Assembly (NCBI GenBank): GCA_007376185.1
Contig: VMFS01000001.1
Span: 94,206-158,205 of the forward strand
DNA length: 64,000 bases
Source of the DNA: Parcubacteria group bacterium Gr01-1014_30
GTDB lineage: Bacteria; Patescibacteriota; Minisyncoccia; Minisyncoccales; 2-12-FULL-40-12
Direction of reading: 5' to 3'
Shown: piece by piece, positions 1 through 8,573 of the stretch
Numbering within the stretch: the first letter of the stretch is position 1
Layout of the letters: each line of letters starts with the position of its first letter
Program-made: the position numbers and the translations under genes
The notes under the pieces: generated by a model
Seen by the model: the letters and a program-made list of their open reading frames with translations, nothing else
What the model was told of the DNA's origin: nothing
The model's database searches: none

Positions 1-2
1 TT

Positions 3-404
3 TTTCTAGACGCCTTTGATGACAACGACCCTCCCATTTTTAAGGTTTGCGCCAACCCTGTCCAGATGGCAAAATATATCCCCAACTTTATTGAGGAAAA
101 TGAGAAACGGGTTTCCAGAGGCATTAAAATGCACGCGATAAACCCAGCCTCTAAAGAAGTAATAGAGTTTAGTAAAGCCCACCCATTGCCAAAGGGGGAT
201 GAAATAAGGGTAATCCCAAAAGAGAAGTTTAATTTTCCGGCTAATATTGCGACGCGGGGTAGTAAAGTATCAATTATTTCCATGAAAGGCGACTTCGGCC
301 TCGTTATTGAAAATAAAGAGATCACTGAGAGTTTTAGTAATATTTTTGATTTAGCGTGGGAAATGGCTAAGATGTATGACAAAAAATTAAGAGGTAGTAT
401 TTAA
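3..404 (+). CDS. TrmB-like transcriptional regulator, C-terminal part (5' end lies outside the window)
   Basis: Frame is open from position 3. The C-terminus 'NIATRGSKVSIISMKGDFGLVIENKEITESFSNIFDLAWE' resembles the C-terminal domain of CPR TrmB-family regulators. Confidence 0.6.
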   Translation, partial: FLDAFDDNDPPIFKVCANPVQMAKYIPNFIEENEKRVSRGIKMHAINPASKEVIEFSKAHPLPKGDEIRVIPKEKFNFPANIATRGSKVSIISMKGDFGLVIENKEITESFSNIFDLAWEMAKMYDKKLRGSI

Positions 405-414
405 ACATACAAAA

Positions 415-2094
415 ATGCCAGGTAGCCAAAACGGAGATCAATCACAGGATGGGTTGTTGCGTGCAAAATCAATTGCACAGGATACGTTCAATCTTCAAGA
501 GCAGCAGCGTTTGATGAAGCCAAAAGTTACTCTAGACGGCGACCATCTCGGGGTTCGCGATGTTGACTTATTTGTGCATAACCCCAGCATTGTTATCGAG
601 CTATCAGAAGCAAAGCTTCAAGAAGTTGACAAAAGCAGAAAATTCCTTGAGCGAGAACTTAATAACAGGATTATTTATGGGGTGAACACTGGATTTGGAC
701 CCATGGCTTCGCATATTATTAACCAAGACCAGTTAGAACGGCTGCAAGAAAATCTTGTCCGGAGCCATGCTGTTGGTATGGGGGCGCCTATTGATACAAA
801 ATATGTGCTGGCAGCAATGATTATCCGTTTAAATACTCTTACGAAAAGGTATTCTGGGGTAAGCCGAGGGCTTATAGAGCATCTGCAAAAAGTTCTTAAT
901 CACAGGATAGTGCCAGTGATACCAGAACACGGTGCAGTAGGAACCAGCGGAGATTTGGTTCAACTTGCTCATATTGCTTTAAGCTTGACCGGGCAAGGTT
1001 ACGTGTTTTACCAAGAGGGAAAACAACCTACTTCCAAAGTATTCCAAAGACTTCAGGTACAACCATACAAACTTAAAGCAAAAGAAGGCCTTTCACTTAT
1101 TAACGGCACATCGGCAATGTGCGGAGCGGGCACATTAAACTGTCTTCATGCTCATAGGTTGCTATCTTTGGCAATTCGTTTCGGGGCTTTTGCCTTGGAA
1201 CTTGTTCACGCATACGGCGATAGTATTTCTGAAAAACTTCAAAAGGTAAGGCCGCACCGAGGACAGGTTGCAGTTGCAAAAGCTATACGAGAAACGCTTG
1301 CTTCTTCTAGTATGCTGCACAGCAGGAAAGCTGAAGAACAGGTTGATATTCCAGACGAGGTAAAAGAAATCTCTGAAGTTGTGCAAGAAATTTACTCGTT
1401 CCGCTGTATTCCGCAAATTTTGGGTCCGGTGTACGACGCTTTGTATAAGGCACAAAAAGACATTGAGGTTGAAATTAATTCAAGCTCTGACAACCCAATC
1501 GTTGACCTCGAAGGAGATAACTTCTTACACGGAGGAAATTTCCACGGTGATTACATTGCCTTTGCCATGGACCAACTTAAATTAGCCATTATTAAACTTA
1601 CTATGTTGTCAGAGCGTAGAATAAACTTCTTTTTACACCAAAAACTCAACAACTTTTTCCCGCCATTTTTAAATCTCGGGCAGCCCGGGCTTACGCTTGG
1701 CCTCCAAGGACTGCAATTTGTGGCTACCTCTACCACTTCTCAAAGTCAAACCTTGGCTTTTCCACAATACATACATTCCATCCCAACCAATGCAGATAAT
1801 CAAGACGTAGTAAGCACGGGCATGGAGTCTGCTTTACTTGCGTCAAAAATTATGGAAAACGCCTATATTGTATTGGCCATAGAACTAATTACCCTTGCAC
1901 AAGCTACCGACTTTCGTGGGGTTTACGACAAGCTTTCTAATTCTTCCAAAGATCTATTCAAAGGAGTACGTTCCGTGTTTCCCAAGATAGTTGAAGACCG
2001 CATAATGGTGGACGAACTCCCTAGGGTAGTTGAATTCTTAAAATCCAATCAAACCATTAACCCCTATATAGCTTCAACGAATCATGACTGCTAA
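415..2094 (+). CDS. Aromatic amino-acid ammonia-lyase (HAL/PAL/TAL family), resembling the Bacteroidota tyrosine ammonia-lyase clade
   Basis: IYGVNTGFGPMA, LQENLVRSH, MIO-forming GTSGDLVQLAH, EGLSLINGTS, QEIYSFRCIPQILG, DNP..GGNFHG, NQDVVS. The true start may be the later Met (MKPK). Confidence 0.92.
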   Translation: MPGSQNGDQSQDGLLRAKSIAQDTFNLQEQQRLMKPKVTLDGDHLGVRDVDLFVHNPSIVIELSEAKLQEVDKSRKFLERELNNRIIYGVNTGFGPMASHIINQDQLERLQENLVRSHAVGMGAPIDTKYVLAAMIIRLNTLTKRYSGVSRGLIEHLQKVLNHRIVPVIPEHGAVGTSGDLVQLAHIALSLTGQGYVFYQEGKQPTSKVFQRLQVQPYKLKAKEGLSLINGTSAMCGAGTLNCLHAHRLLSLAIRFGAFALELVHAYGDSISEKLQKVRPHRGQVAVAKAIRETLASSSMLHSRKAEEQVDIPDEVKEISEVVQEIYSFRCIPQILGPVYDALYKAQKDIEVEINSSSDNPIVDLEGDNFLHGGNFHGDYIAFAMDQLKLAIIKLTMLSERRINFFLHQKLNNFFPPFLNLGQPGLTLGLQGLQFVATSTTSQSQTLAFPQYIHSIPTNADNQDVVSTGMESALLASKIMENAYIVLAIELITLAQATDFRGVYDKLSNSSKDLFKGVRSVFPKIVEDRIMVDELPRVVEFLKSNQTINPYIASTNHDC

Positions 2095-3598
2095 GTCCAT
2101 TGTTGCTGACTTTGATTTTACCAAACAACGAGATTGGACAACCAGCTTTCTTCATTTCGGCATTACCCAATTCGAAAAACTTCTTACAGATAAACCAGAA
2201 TCGTTTTGGCAGAAAGAAGGAGAGAAACGCGCCTTGAAACTCTTCCATGCAGTCTCCCAAAGAGTTCCTGCTTACAAGACATTCCTTAAAAAGCACAAAA
2301 TAAACCCAAAGAATATACGGACCCTCAAAGATTTTGCCCAGGTCCCTCCTACTGACAAGAAAACCTATATTCGCAAATACCCTTTAATACAGCGTTGCTG
2401 GGATGGGAAACTAGAGACTACAAAATTAGTTGCTATAAGCTCTGGCACTAGCGGGGAGCCAACGTTTTGGCCGCGTAGTAGTTTTCAAGAGTTCGAAGCA
2501 GCGATCATTCACGAACTCTTATATCGCTATCTTTTTGATATTCACAAATACCGCACCCTTCTTATCGTTGGTTTTCCTATGGGCACTTATGTTTCTGGTA
2601 TTGCTACCCTTTTGCCCAGTTGGCTTGTTGCTCAAAAGGGTTATAATCTTACAGTTGCAAGCGTGGGAACGAATAAGCAAGATATTCTAAAAGTGGCCAT
2701 GCTTCTCCAGAAGAATTATGAACAGATTATCTTAGTAGGGCACCCTTTCTTTATGAAAGATGTAGTGGAAACCGGAAGAGAAATTGGGCTTCAGTGGGGA
2801 AAGAAGCGGCTTAAATTTATGTTTTGCTCGGAAGGATTTAGCGAAGAGTGGCGGAGTTATGTATTGAAACAAGTTAAAGCCTCCGTACAGCCTGCCGATA
2901 TGATAAGCACATATGGTTCTTCTGAGTTGTTGCTTATAGCGTGGGAAACCCCAGCAAGTATTGCTTTGAAAGCAGCTATTGAAACAAGTAAAGGAGTAAA
3001 AGGAGAGCTTTTGCACCGTTGGTCTCCTTCGAATCTATTCCAATACAACCCTTTGTTTCGATATATTGAATCTGTTAAAGATGAATTGCTGTTTACTTCG
3101 GCAAGCGGTATCCCGTTAATTCGCTACAATCTCCACGATATGGGCAGAGTTATTTCTCTTGACCAGGCAAAACGAGTGACGTCCAAACTTAAAGTACGCT
3201 GGCAGTTTCCATTTCTTGCGTTAGGAGGCCGGAGTGATTATGCAGTGGTATTTTACGCTGCCAACATTTACCCGGAGCACATTCGTCAAGCCCTTGACTA
3301 TAAACCTTTTTTAACAAAACTCACGGGGAAATTTGTGATGCGTAAAGACTATACCAAAAAGCTGGAGGAGTTTTTGGAAATTAACGTTGAGCTGAAAAAC
3401 CGTGCTAGCCTTGACAAACCCTTTGAACGAGCAATTCAAAAGCGGGTAATCGACCACTTGCAGTCAGTGAACATGGAATATCTTTTCTTGCGCAATAACC
3501 TCAAGCAAGATCTCCGTCCGCGTATAAAGCTTTGGCCATACCAACACGAGAGGTATTTCAAATTAAGCCTTAAGCCTCGTTATATACTGTCTAATTAA
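2084..3598 (+). CDS. Phenylacetate-CoA ligase (PaaK)-like adenylate-forming enzyme
   Basis: SSGTSGEP P-loop, YGSSE, PLIRYNLHD, GRSD and NIYPE motifs. Overlaps the upstream stop. Confidence 0.85.
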   Translation: MTAKSIVADFDFTKQRDWTTSFLHFGITQFEKLLTDKPESFWQKEGEKRALKLFHAVSQRVPAYKTFLKKHKINPKNIRTLKDFAQVPPTDKKTYIRKYPLIQRCWDGKLETTKLVAISSGTSGEPTFWPRSSFQEFEAAIIHELLYRYLFDIHKYRTLLIVGFPMGTYVSGIATLLPSWLVAQKGYNLTVASVGTNKQDILKVAMLLQKNYEQIILVGHPFFMKDVVETGREIGLQWGKKRLKFMFCSEGFSEEWRSYVLKQVKASVQPADMISTYGSSELLLIAWETPASIALKAAIETSKGVKGELLHRWSPSNLFQYNPLFRYIESVKDELLFTSASGIPLIRYNLHDMGRVISLDQAKRVTSKLKVRWQFPFLALGGRSDYAVVFYAANIYPEHIRQALDYKPFLTKLTGKFVMRKDYTKKLEEFLEINVELKNRASLDKPFERAIQKRVIDHLQSVNMEYLFLRNNLKQDLRPRIKLWPYQHERYFKLSLKPRYILSN

Positions 3599-3600
3599 TT

Positions 3601-4755
3601 ATGCAACAAGCAAGACCACAAATTTTCCGTACCCAAAAAGATCAAGCAAAAATACTAGCTCTTAAGAGGAGAAGTAGTACTAATATTGTTGACGCACTTG
3701 AGCAGCAACTAAGGGAATTGTTTTTGGCTCGGCACCCAAAATTGAAACTAAGCCCAGAAAAAGCAAAACAAGAAACTGCAAAGTTTTTGAAATCGAAAAA
3801 GAAAAAACCATTAGAAAAACAAGGTAGTTGGGTATACTTTAAATGGAATAGAACACTTGTTCATATCTTGGATGAAGATGATTTCTTTGAACTGCGTACG
3901 GCAAGAAACAAAAATCTTATTACAAAAGGCGAGCAAGAAAAACTTCGCACTTTTCGCATTGGCATAGCCGGTTTGAGCGTAGGCAACAGCGCCGCCCTAG
4001 TTCTTGCGCTGGAAGGCGCAGAAACTATGCGGTTGGCAGATTTTGACGAACTTTCGCTTTCAAATCTCAATCGCATTCGAGGAAGTATTACCCAACTTGG
4101 TTTAAATAAAACAATAATGACCGCAAGGCAGGTGTATGAACTGAATCCTTATGCAAAACTAGAACTCTTTGAAAAAGGATTACATCAGGCAAGAGATCTG
4201 AAAAAGTTTGTCGCAGACCCGCCTAAGCTAGATGTATTAGTGGACGAAATAGATGATGTTATAATGAAAGTGCAGCTTCGACTAAAAGCAAGAAAACTAC
4301 GCATTCCTGTATTATCGGTTGCGGATAACGGCACCAACTCTATTGCTGACGTTGAGCGTTTTGACTTAGAGCCAAAACGTAAACTTTATCACGGACTTCT
4401 ACAGGACAGTAAAGCAAGCAAACTGCAGAGAGATATCTTGTCGAAAGAAAAAATGAGAATGATTGCAGATATAGTAGGAGTAGAGTATGTTACTTCACGA
4501 ATGAAGACATCATTCCTTGAGGTGGGCAACACGCTATACTCTTGGCCCCAGCTCGGAGGAGCCTCTATGTTAAGCGGTGCTACTCTTGCATATCTTGTGA
4601 AAAAAATCGCGTTTGGGGAAAACCTCGAAAGCGGGAAATACGATGTGAACTTCGACCGAATTTTCGAAAACCAGTACGACTCCTTAACGGCAAAACAACG
4701 TAGAAATAGAGAGAATAAAGAATTTCTCCACAAACAAAAGGAACTATTTTCTTAA
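3601..4755 (+). CDS. ThiF/E1-like adenylyltransferase, Rv1355c(MoeY)/OxzB N-terminal type
   Basis: WVYFKW..LVHIL...RTARNKNLIT extension, IGIAGLSVG, ADFDELSLSNLNR, DVERFDLEP, WPQL. Confidence 0.85.
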   Translation: MQQARPQIFRTQKDQAKILALKRRSSTNIVDALEQQLRELFLARHPKLKLSPEKAKQETAKFLKSKKKKPLEKQGSWVYFKWNRTLVHILDEDDFFELRTARNKNLITKGEQEKLRTFRIGIAGLSVGNSAALVLALEGAETMRLADFDELSLSNLNRIRGSITQLGLNKTIMTARQVYELNPYAKLELFEKGLHQARDLKKFVADPPKLDVLVDEIDDVIMKVQLRLKARKLRIPVLSVADNGTNSIADVERFDLEPKRKLYHGLLQDSKASKLQRDILSKEKMRMIADIVGVEYVTSRMKTSFLEVGNTLYSWPQLGGASMLSGATLAYLVKKIAFGENLESGKYDVNFDRIFENQYDSLTAKQRRNRENKEFLHKQKELFS

Positions 4756-4756
4756 T

Positions 4757-5812
4757 ATGGAAGACAAGATAAGACAAATACTCGAGCTTGCGATACGTGC
4801 TCCTTCTGGAGAAAACTGCCAGCCATGGAAGTTCCAGATTCAGGGAAATCAACTCACCATTTGGAATATGCCAGAACGCGATAGTTCTCTTTACAGTTGG
4901 GGGCAGCGACCATCGTATGTTGCACACGGTGCGTTTTTAGAAAGCGTTGCTATTGCAGCTCCCGCGTTTGGACTTTCTCCCCGTATAGAGCTTTTCCCTG
5001 ATTCTACAAAAACAGAGTGCGTGGCGCGAATCGTATTTGAAGAATCGCAGCAAAAAATTCATCCCTTGTATCAATTTATTACGGAGCGAGTGACAAACAG
5101 AAAGGTTTATAAAAAAATTGTCCTTACCAAAGAGCAAAAGGAAGAACTTTCTAGTATACACATAGGACTAGAGCGTGGCAAAATTATATTTGTAGAACAA
5201 GAACAAGACATAAAAACCATAGCTCAAGCTATAGCGGGAAACGAACGTATTATCTTTGAAAACCCGTACATGCATAAATTTTTCTATGACCATATCACGT
5301 GGACAGAACAAGAGGATCTCGGAAAAAAAATTGGGTTTTATGTTAAAACATTCGAATTGCCTATGCCAGCAGAAAAAATATTCAAACTTGCGAAGAGTAA
5401 AACTTTTGTCAAATTCGCTAACAAGATTGGCTTTTCGAAAATGATTGCAAAACAAAATGCAAAAGTCTATAGTTCGGCTTCTGCAGTAGGAGCAATTATA
5501 ATGTATAGTAACTCGTCAGTAGATTTTATTGTCGCAGGACGACTCATACAGCGAATCTGGCTTACTGTAACGAAGTTAGGTTTGAGCCTTCAACCTCTTA
5601 CAGGCATCCTATTCCTTTATCAACGCGTTTCTCAACAGCAAACAGACAAACTAAGTCCGGGACAAATAGACTTTATACAAGAACAGTACAAGCGAATTAA
5701 GGAAACTTTTGGGGTTGATAATGAAACTATTGCAATGCTTTTTCGGATCGGAGATGGGGGGAGCCCTACTGCGCGCTCTCTACGACTTCCACTTACGGTT
5801 CAAGAATTTTGA
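4757..5812 (+). CDS. Nitroreductase-superfamily flavoprotein (Acg/Rv1355c C-terminal-like)
   Basis: RAPSGENCQPW, R.TNRK.Y, AGRLIQRIWLT.TKLGLSLQP, MLFRIG..P..RS.R. Confidence 0.85.
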   Translation: MEDKIRQILELAIRAPSGENCQPWKFQIQGNQLTIWNMPERDSSLYSWGQRPSYVAHGAFLESVAIAAPAFGLSPRIELFPDSTKTECVARIVFEESQQKIHPLYQFITERVTNRKVYKKIVLTKEQKEELSSIHIGLERGKIIFVEQEQDIKTIAQAIAGNERIIFENPYMHKFFYDHITWTEQEDLGKKIGFYVKTFELPMPAEKIFKLAKSKTFVKFANKIGFSKMIAKQNAKVYSSASAVGAIIMYSNSSVDFIVAGRLIQRIWLTVTKLGLSLQPLTGILFLYQRVSQQQTDKLSPGQIDFIQEQYKRIKETFGVDNETIAMLFRIGDGGSPTARSLRLPLTVQEF

Positions 5813-5818
5813 GTACAT

Positions 5819-6538
5819 ATGTTTTTCTCCAACCGAATCCCCGAACCTAAAATAATGGAGAAAGAAGAAATGAAAGTGTTCGAAGAGTTGAGTAATCAGA
5901 ACTACAAAAGGTGGATACTTCCTTTTGTAGATGAAGCAATGCAAACACTGAATGTTGAATCAGGGAAAGTTCTTGACATAGGATGCGGGCCAGGATTACT
6001 TGTTAAGGAACTCGCTAAGCGATCAAAAAACCTCCGAGTCATTGGAGTTGACGTCTCACCCGAAGCCATCAAGCTTGCCAAGAAGAATTGTCGTTCTCTA
6101 AAAAACGTAAAATTTCTTCGCGGCGATGTTACAAGTTTGCCGTTTCCCAATGGCACCTTCGACCTTATTGTTTGCAAAGATAGCTTCCATGAATTCCCAA
6201 ATTTAAGAAAAGCTCTTCAAGAAGTGATGCGTGTTTTGAAACCCGGCGGGATTCTTTACGCGCAAGATTTACGAAGGGATCTCCCGATGTACTTGCTTCG
6301 TCGCGCAATACCCCCTGACACAACTGTAAAAAAACTTCAGTTCTACTCGGCAAGGGCTGCATACATAAAAACCGAGATTCGAGATATATTAAAACAATTA
6401 GATATTCAACACTTCTTTATTAAAACAAGAAAACTTACTGAAAACATTAGAAAAAATTATGGAAAGCAAGGCATCTCTTTAATTCAGCTAAAAGAAGGTT
6501 TTCAGGCTAGGTATATACTTGTAGTAAAAAATAAATGA
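5819..6538 (+). CDS. Class I SAM-dependent methyltransferase
   Basis: VLDIGCGPG, GVDVS, GDVTSLPF..FDLIV, RVLKPGG. Confidence 0.92.
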   Translation: MFFSNRIPEPKIMEKEEMKVFEELSNQNYKRWILPFVDEAMQTLNVESGKVLDIGCGPGLLVKELAKRSKNLRVIGVDVSPEAIKLAKKNCRSLKNVKFLRGDVTSLPFPNGTFDLIVCKDSFHEFPNLRKALQEVMRVLKPGGILYAQDLRRDLPMYLLRRAIPPDTTVKKLQFYSARAAYIKTEIRDILKQLDIQHFFIKTRKLTENIRKNYGKQGISLIQLKEGFQARYILVVKNK

Positions 6539-8193
6539 ACTTGCCTTTACAAATTTTTGCCCTGGAAAACTTAGATCTTTTAATCCTTGGTATAGCAAAC
6601 ACCGCTATAACCCTTTTAGGTGTGGTGGTATTTCTCCGCAATACACGCAGTATTACTTACAAAACTTTTTTACTCTTCGCATTGGTAGCCTCTGTCTATG
6701 CGACCGTGAATTACATGAGCTACCAATCTAGTTCTTCTATTCTAGTACTTTGGGCACTCCGTTTCGTTCTTTTCTCTGCTACCTGGTACTCTTTTCTACT
6801 GTTGCAGCTTTTTTATGTCTTCCCAAAAGAACGTATTACATTTCCAAAATTGTACAGATTCTTCCTACTTCCAACGGTCACACTTACCTCTTTATTAACC
6901 CTAACTCCATTTGTATTCTCGCGGATATCAGAACTAGCGCCGGTAGGTCAAGTTACTAATCCTGAAAGAGGCATGGGCATTGTGCTATTTGCAATCATAA
7001 GCATCTTTCTAGTAGCCTACGGACTTTTTACTCTATTTAAAAAGACTTTTAGGGCAAAAGGTGAAGAAAGAGATCAGCTTCTTTTTGTACTGATTGGTTC
7101 TCTTATTACCTATGTCTTCATTATTGTATTCAACCTTATACTACCCGTGTTTTTTAACAATACCGTACTCATTCCCTTAGCCCCGGTCTTTACCCTTCCT
7201 TTTATTTCCTTCACTGCATATGCAATCCTTCGATACAAGCTTCTGAATATCAAGGTAATAGCTACGGAAGTTCTTACGTTTATGTTGGCGGCGGTTACAC
7301 TTTTTGAGGTGCTGTTTGCGCGAGAGCTCGGAGTGCTTATTTTCAGAATTGCTATTTTTGTCGCGGTGCTTGGATTTGGTATTTTGCTTATTCGGAGTGT
7401 AAGAAAGGAGGTGGAGCAGAGAGAGAAACTGGAGAGGTTAAGCGAGCAGCTGAAAACAGCCAACGTCAGGTTAGACGCGGCTTTAAAGAAAGTTGAGAAA
7501 CTATCAAAAGCAAAGTCCGAGTTTATTTCCATTGCTTCCCATCAACTAAGAACCCCTTTGACCGCCATAAAGGGATATATCTCAATGATTTTGGAAGGGA
7601 CTTACGGGCGTTTGTCAAAGAAAGCAAGAAGACCTATGGGAAACGTTTATGAGTCAAACGAGCGATTGATTCGTTTGATCAACGACCTGCTAGAGGTTTC
7701 CAGGATTGAAGCTGGCAAAATAGAGCTTGAGCTAGAAGAAGCCCGCGTTGAAGAAATTATTGAGGGCGTAGTTGCGGAATTGGGAATCACGGCTCAGCAG
7801 AAAAAGCTTTATCTGAAATGGGAAAAGCCGGAAACGCCTGCCCCGAAATTATTGCTGGATAAGCAAAAGATAAGGCAGGTTATCTTGAATTTGGTGAACA
7901 ATGCCGTAAAATATACTAAGGAAGGAGGCATCACCATTAAATTGAAAATTGAAAACTTAAAATTGAAAATTGCGATAGCTGATACTGGCGAGGGTATGAC
8001 TAAAGAGGATTTGGGGAAGGTATTTCAAAGCTTTTCCAGAGGGACAACAGGCGTCCGACTTTCAGCCGAAGGAGCAGGCCTTGGTCTGTATATAGCCAAA
8101 AAGTTTGTTGAAATGCACAGGGGCAGAATATGGGCAGAATCAGAAGGAAAAGGTAAGGGGTCAACTTTTTACGTTGAGTTGCCCATAAAGTAG
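6535..8193 (+). CDS. Sensor histidine kinase with multi-TM (7TM-like) N-terminal sensor
   Basis: About 290 aa of hydrophobic helices, H-box SHQLRTPL, N-box NLVNNAVKYT, DTGEG, GAGLGLYI. ATGA-type overlap with the methyltransferase stop. Confidence 0.95.
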   Translation: MNLPLQIFALENLDLLILGIANTAITLLGVVVFLRNTRSITYKTFLLFALVASVYATVNYMSYQSSSSILVLWALRFVLFSATWYSFLLLQLFYVFPKERITFPKLYRFFLLPTVTLTSLLTLTPFVFSRISELAPVGQVTNPERGMGIVLFAIISIFLVAYGLFTLFKKTFRAKGEERDQLLFVLIGSLITYVFIIVFNLILPVFFNNTVLIPLAPVFTLPFISFTAYAILRYKLLNIKVIATEVLTFMLAAVTLFEVLFARELGVLIFRIAIFVAVLGFGILLIRSVRKEVEQREKLERLSEQLKTANVRLDAALKKVEKLSKAKSEFISIASHQLRTPLTAIKGYISMILEGTYGRLSKKARRPMGNVYESNERLIRLINDLLEVSRIEAGKIELELEEARVEEIIEGVVAELGITAQQKKLYLKWEKPETPAPKLLLDKQKIRQVILNLVNNAVKYTKEGGITIKLKIENLKLKIAIADTGEGMTKEDLGKVFQSFSRGTTGVRLSAEGAGLGLYIAKKFVEMHRGRIWAESEGKGKGSTFYVELPIK

Positions 8194-8207
8194 TTGTAGA
8201 ATTAAGT

Positions 8208-8570
8208 ATGGCTAAGATTTTGATAGTAGAAGACGAAAAGCTTTTGGGGGAAATGTACAAAGATAAGCTTGAGGCCTTGGGCCATGAAGTTGTTTTGGTG
8301 CTTTCGTCTGAAGACGCACTTGATTACGTGAACAAAGAGACCCCCGATTTTATTTTATTGGACATAATTTTGCCCAAAGCGAGCGGCATAGATTTTTTAA
8401 GAGCTGCAATGAGAATCAAAAGTATTGCTAAAGTCCCGGTGGTTGTTTTTTCAAACTACGACGACCCCGCAACAAAAAAAGAGGCCTTGAAGCTTGGCGT
8501 CAAGGCCTATTTAATAAAATCGCAGTACACGCCTCAAGGAATGTTGGAAGAGGTTGAAAAGTTTCTTTAA
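8208..8570 (+). CDS. Stand-alone response regulator receiver protein
   Basis: ILIVEDE, LLDIILP, SN and YLIK motifs; no output domain. Confidence 0.92.
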   Translation: MAKILIVEDEKLLGEMYKDKLEALGHEVVLVLSSEDALDYVNKETPDFILLDIILPKASGIDFLRAAMRIKSIAKVPVVVFSNYDDPATKKEALKLGVKAYLIKSQYTPQGMLEEVEKFL

Positions 8571-8573
8571 GGG

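Noticed and set aside
415-2094. Histidine utilisation (hutH) operon
   Set aside because: No urocanase, imidazolonepropionase or formiminoglutamase nearby; the context is biosynthetic.
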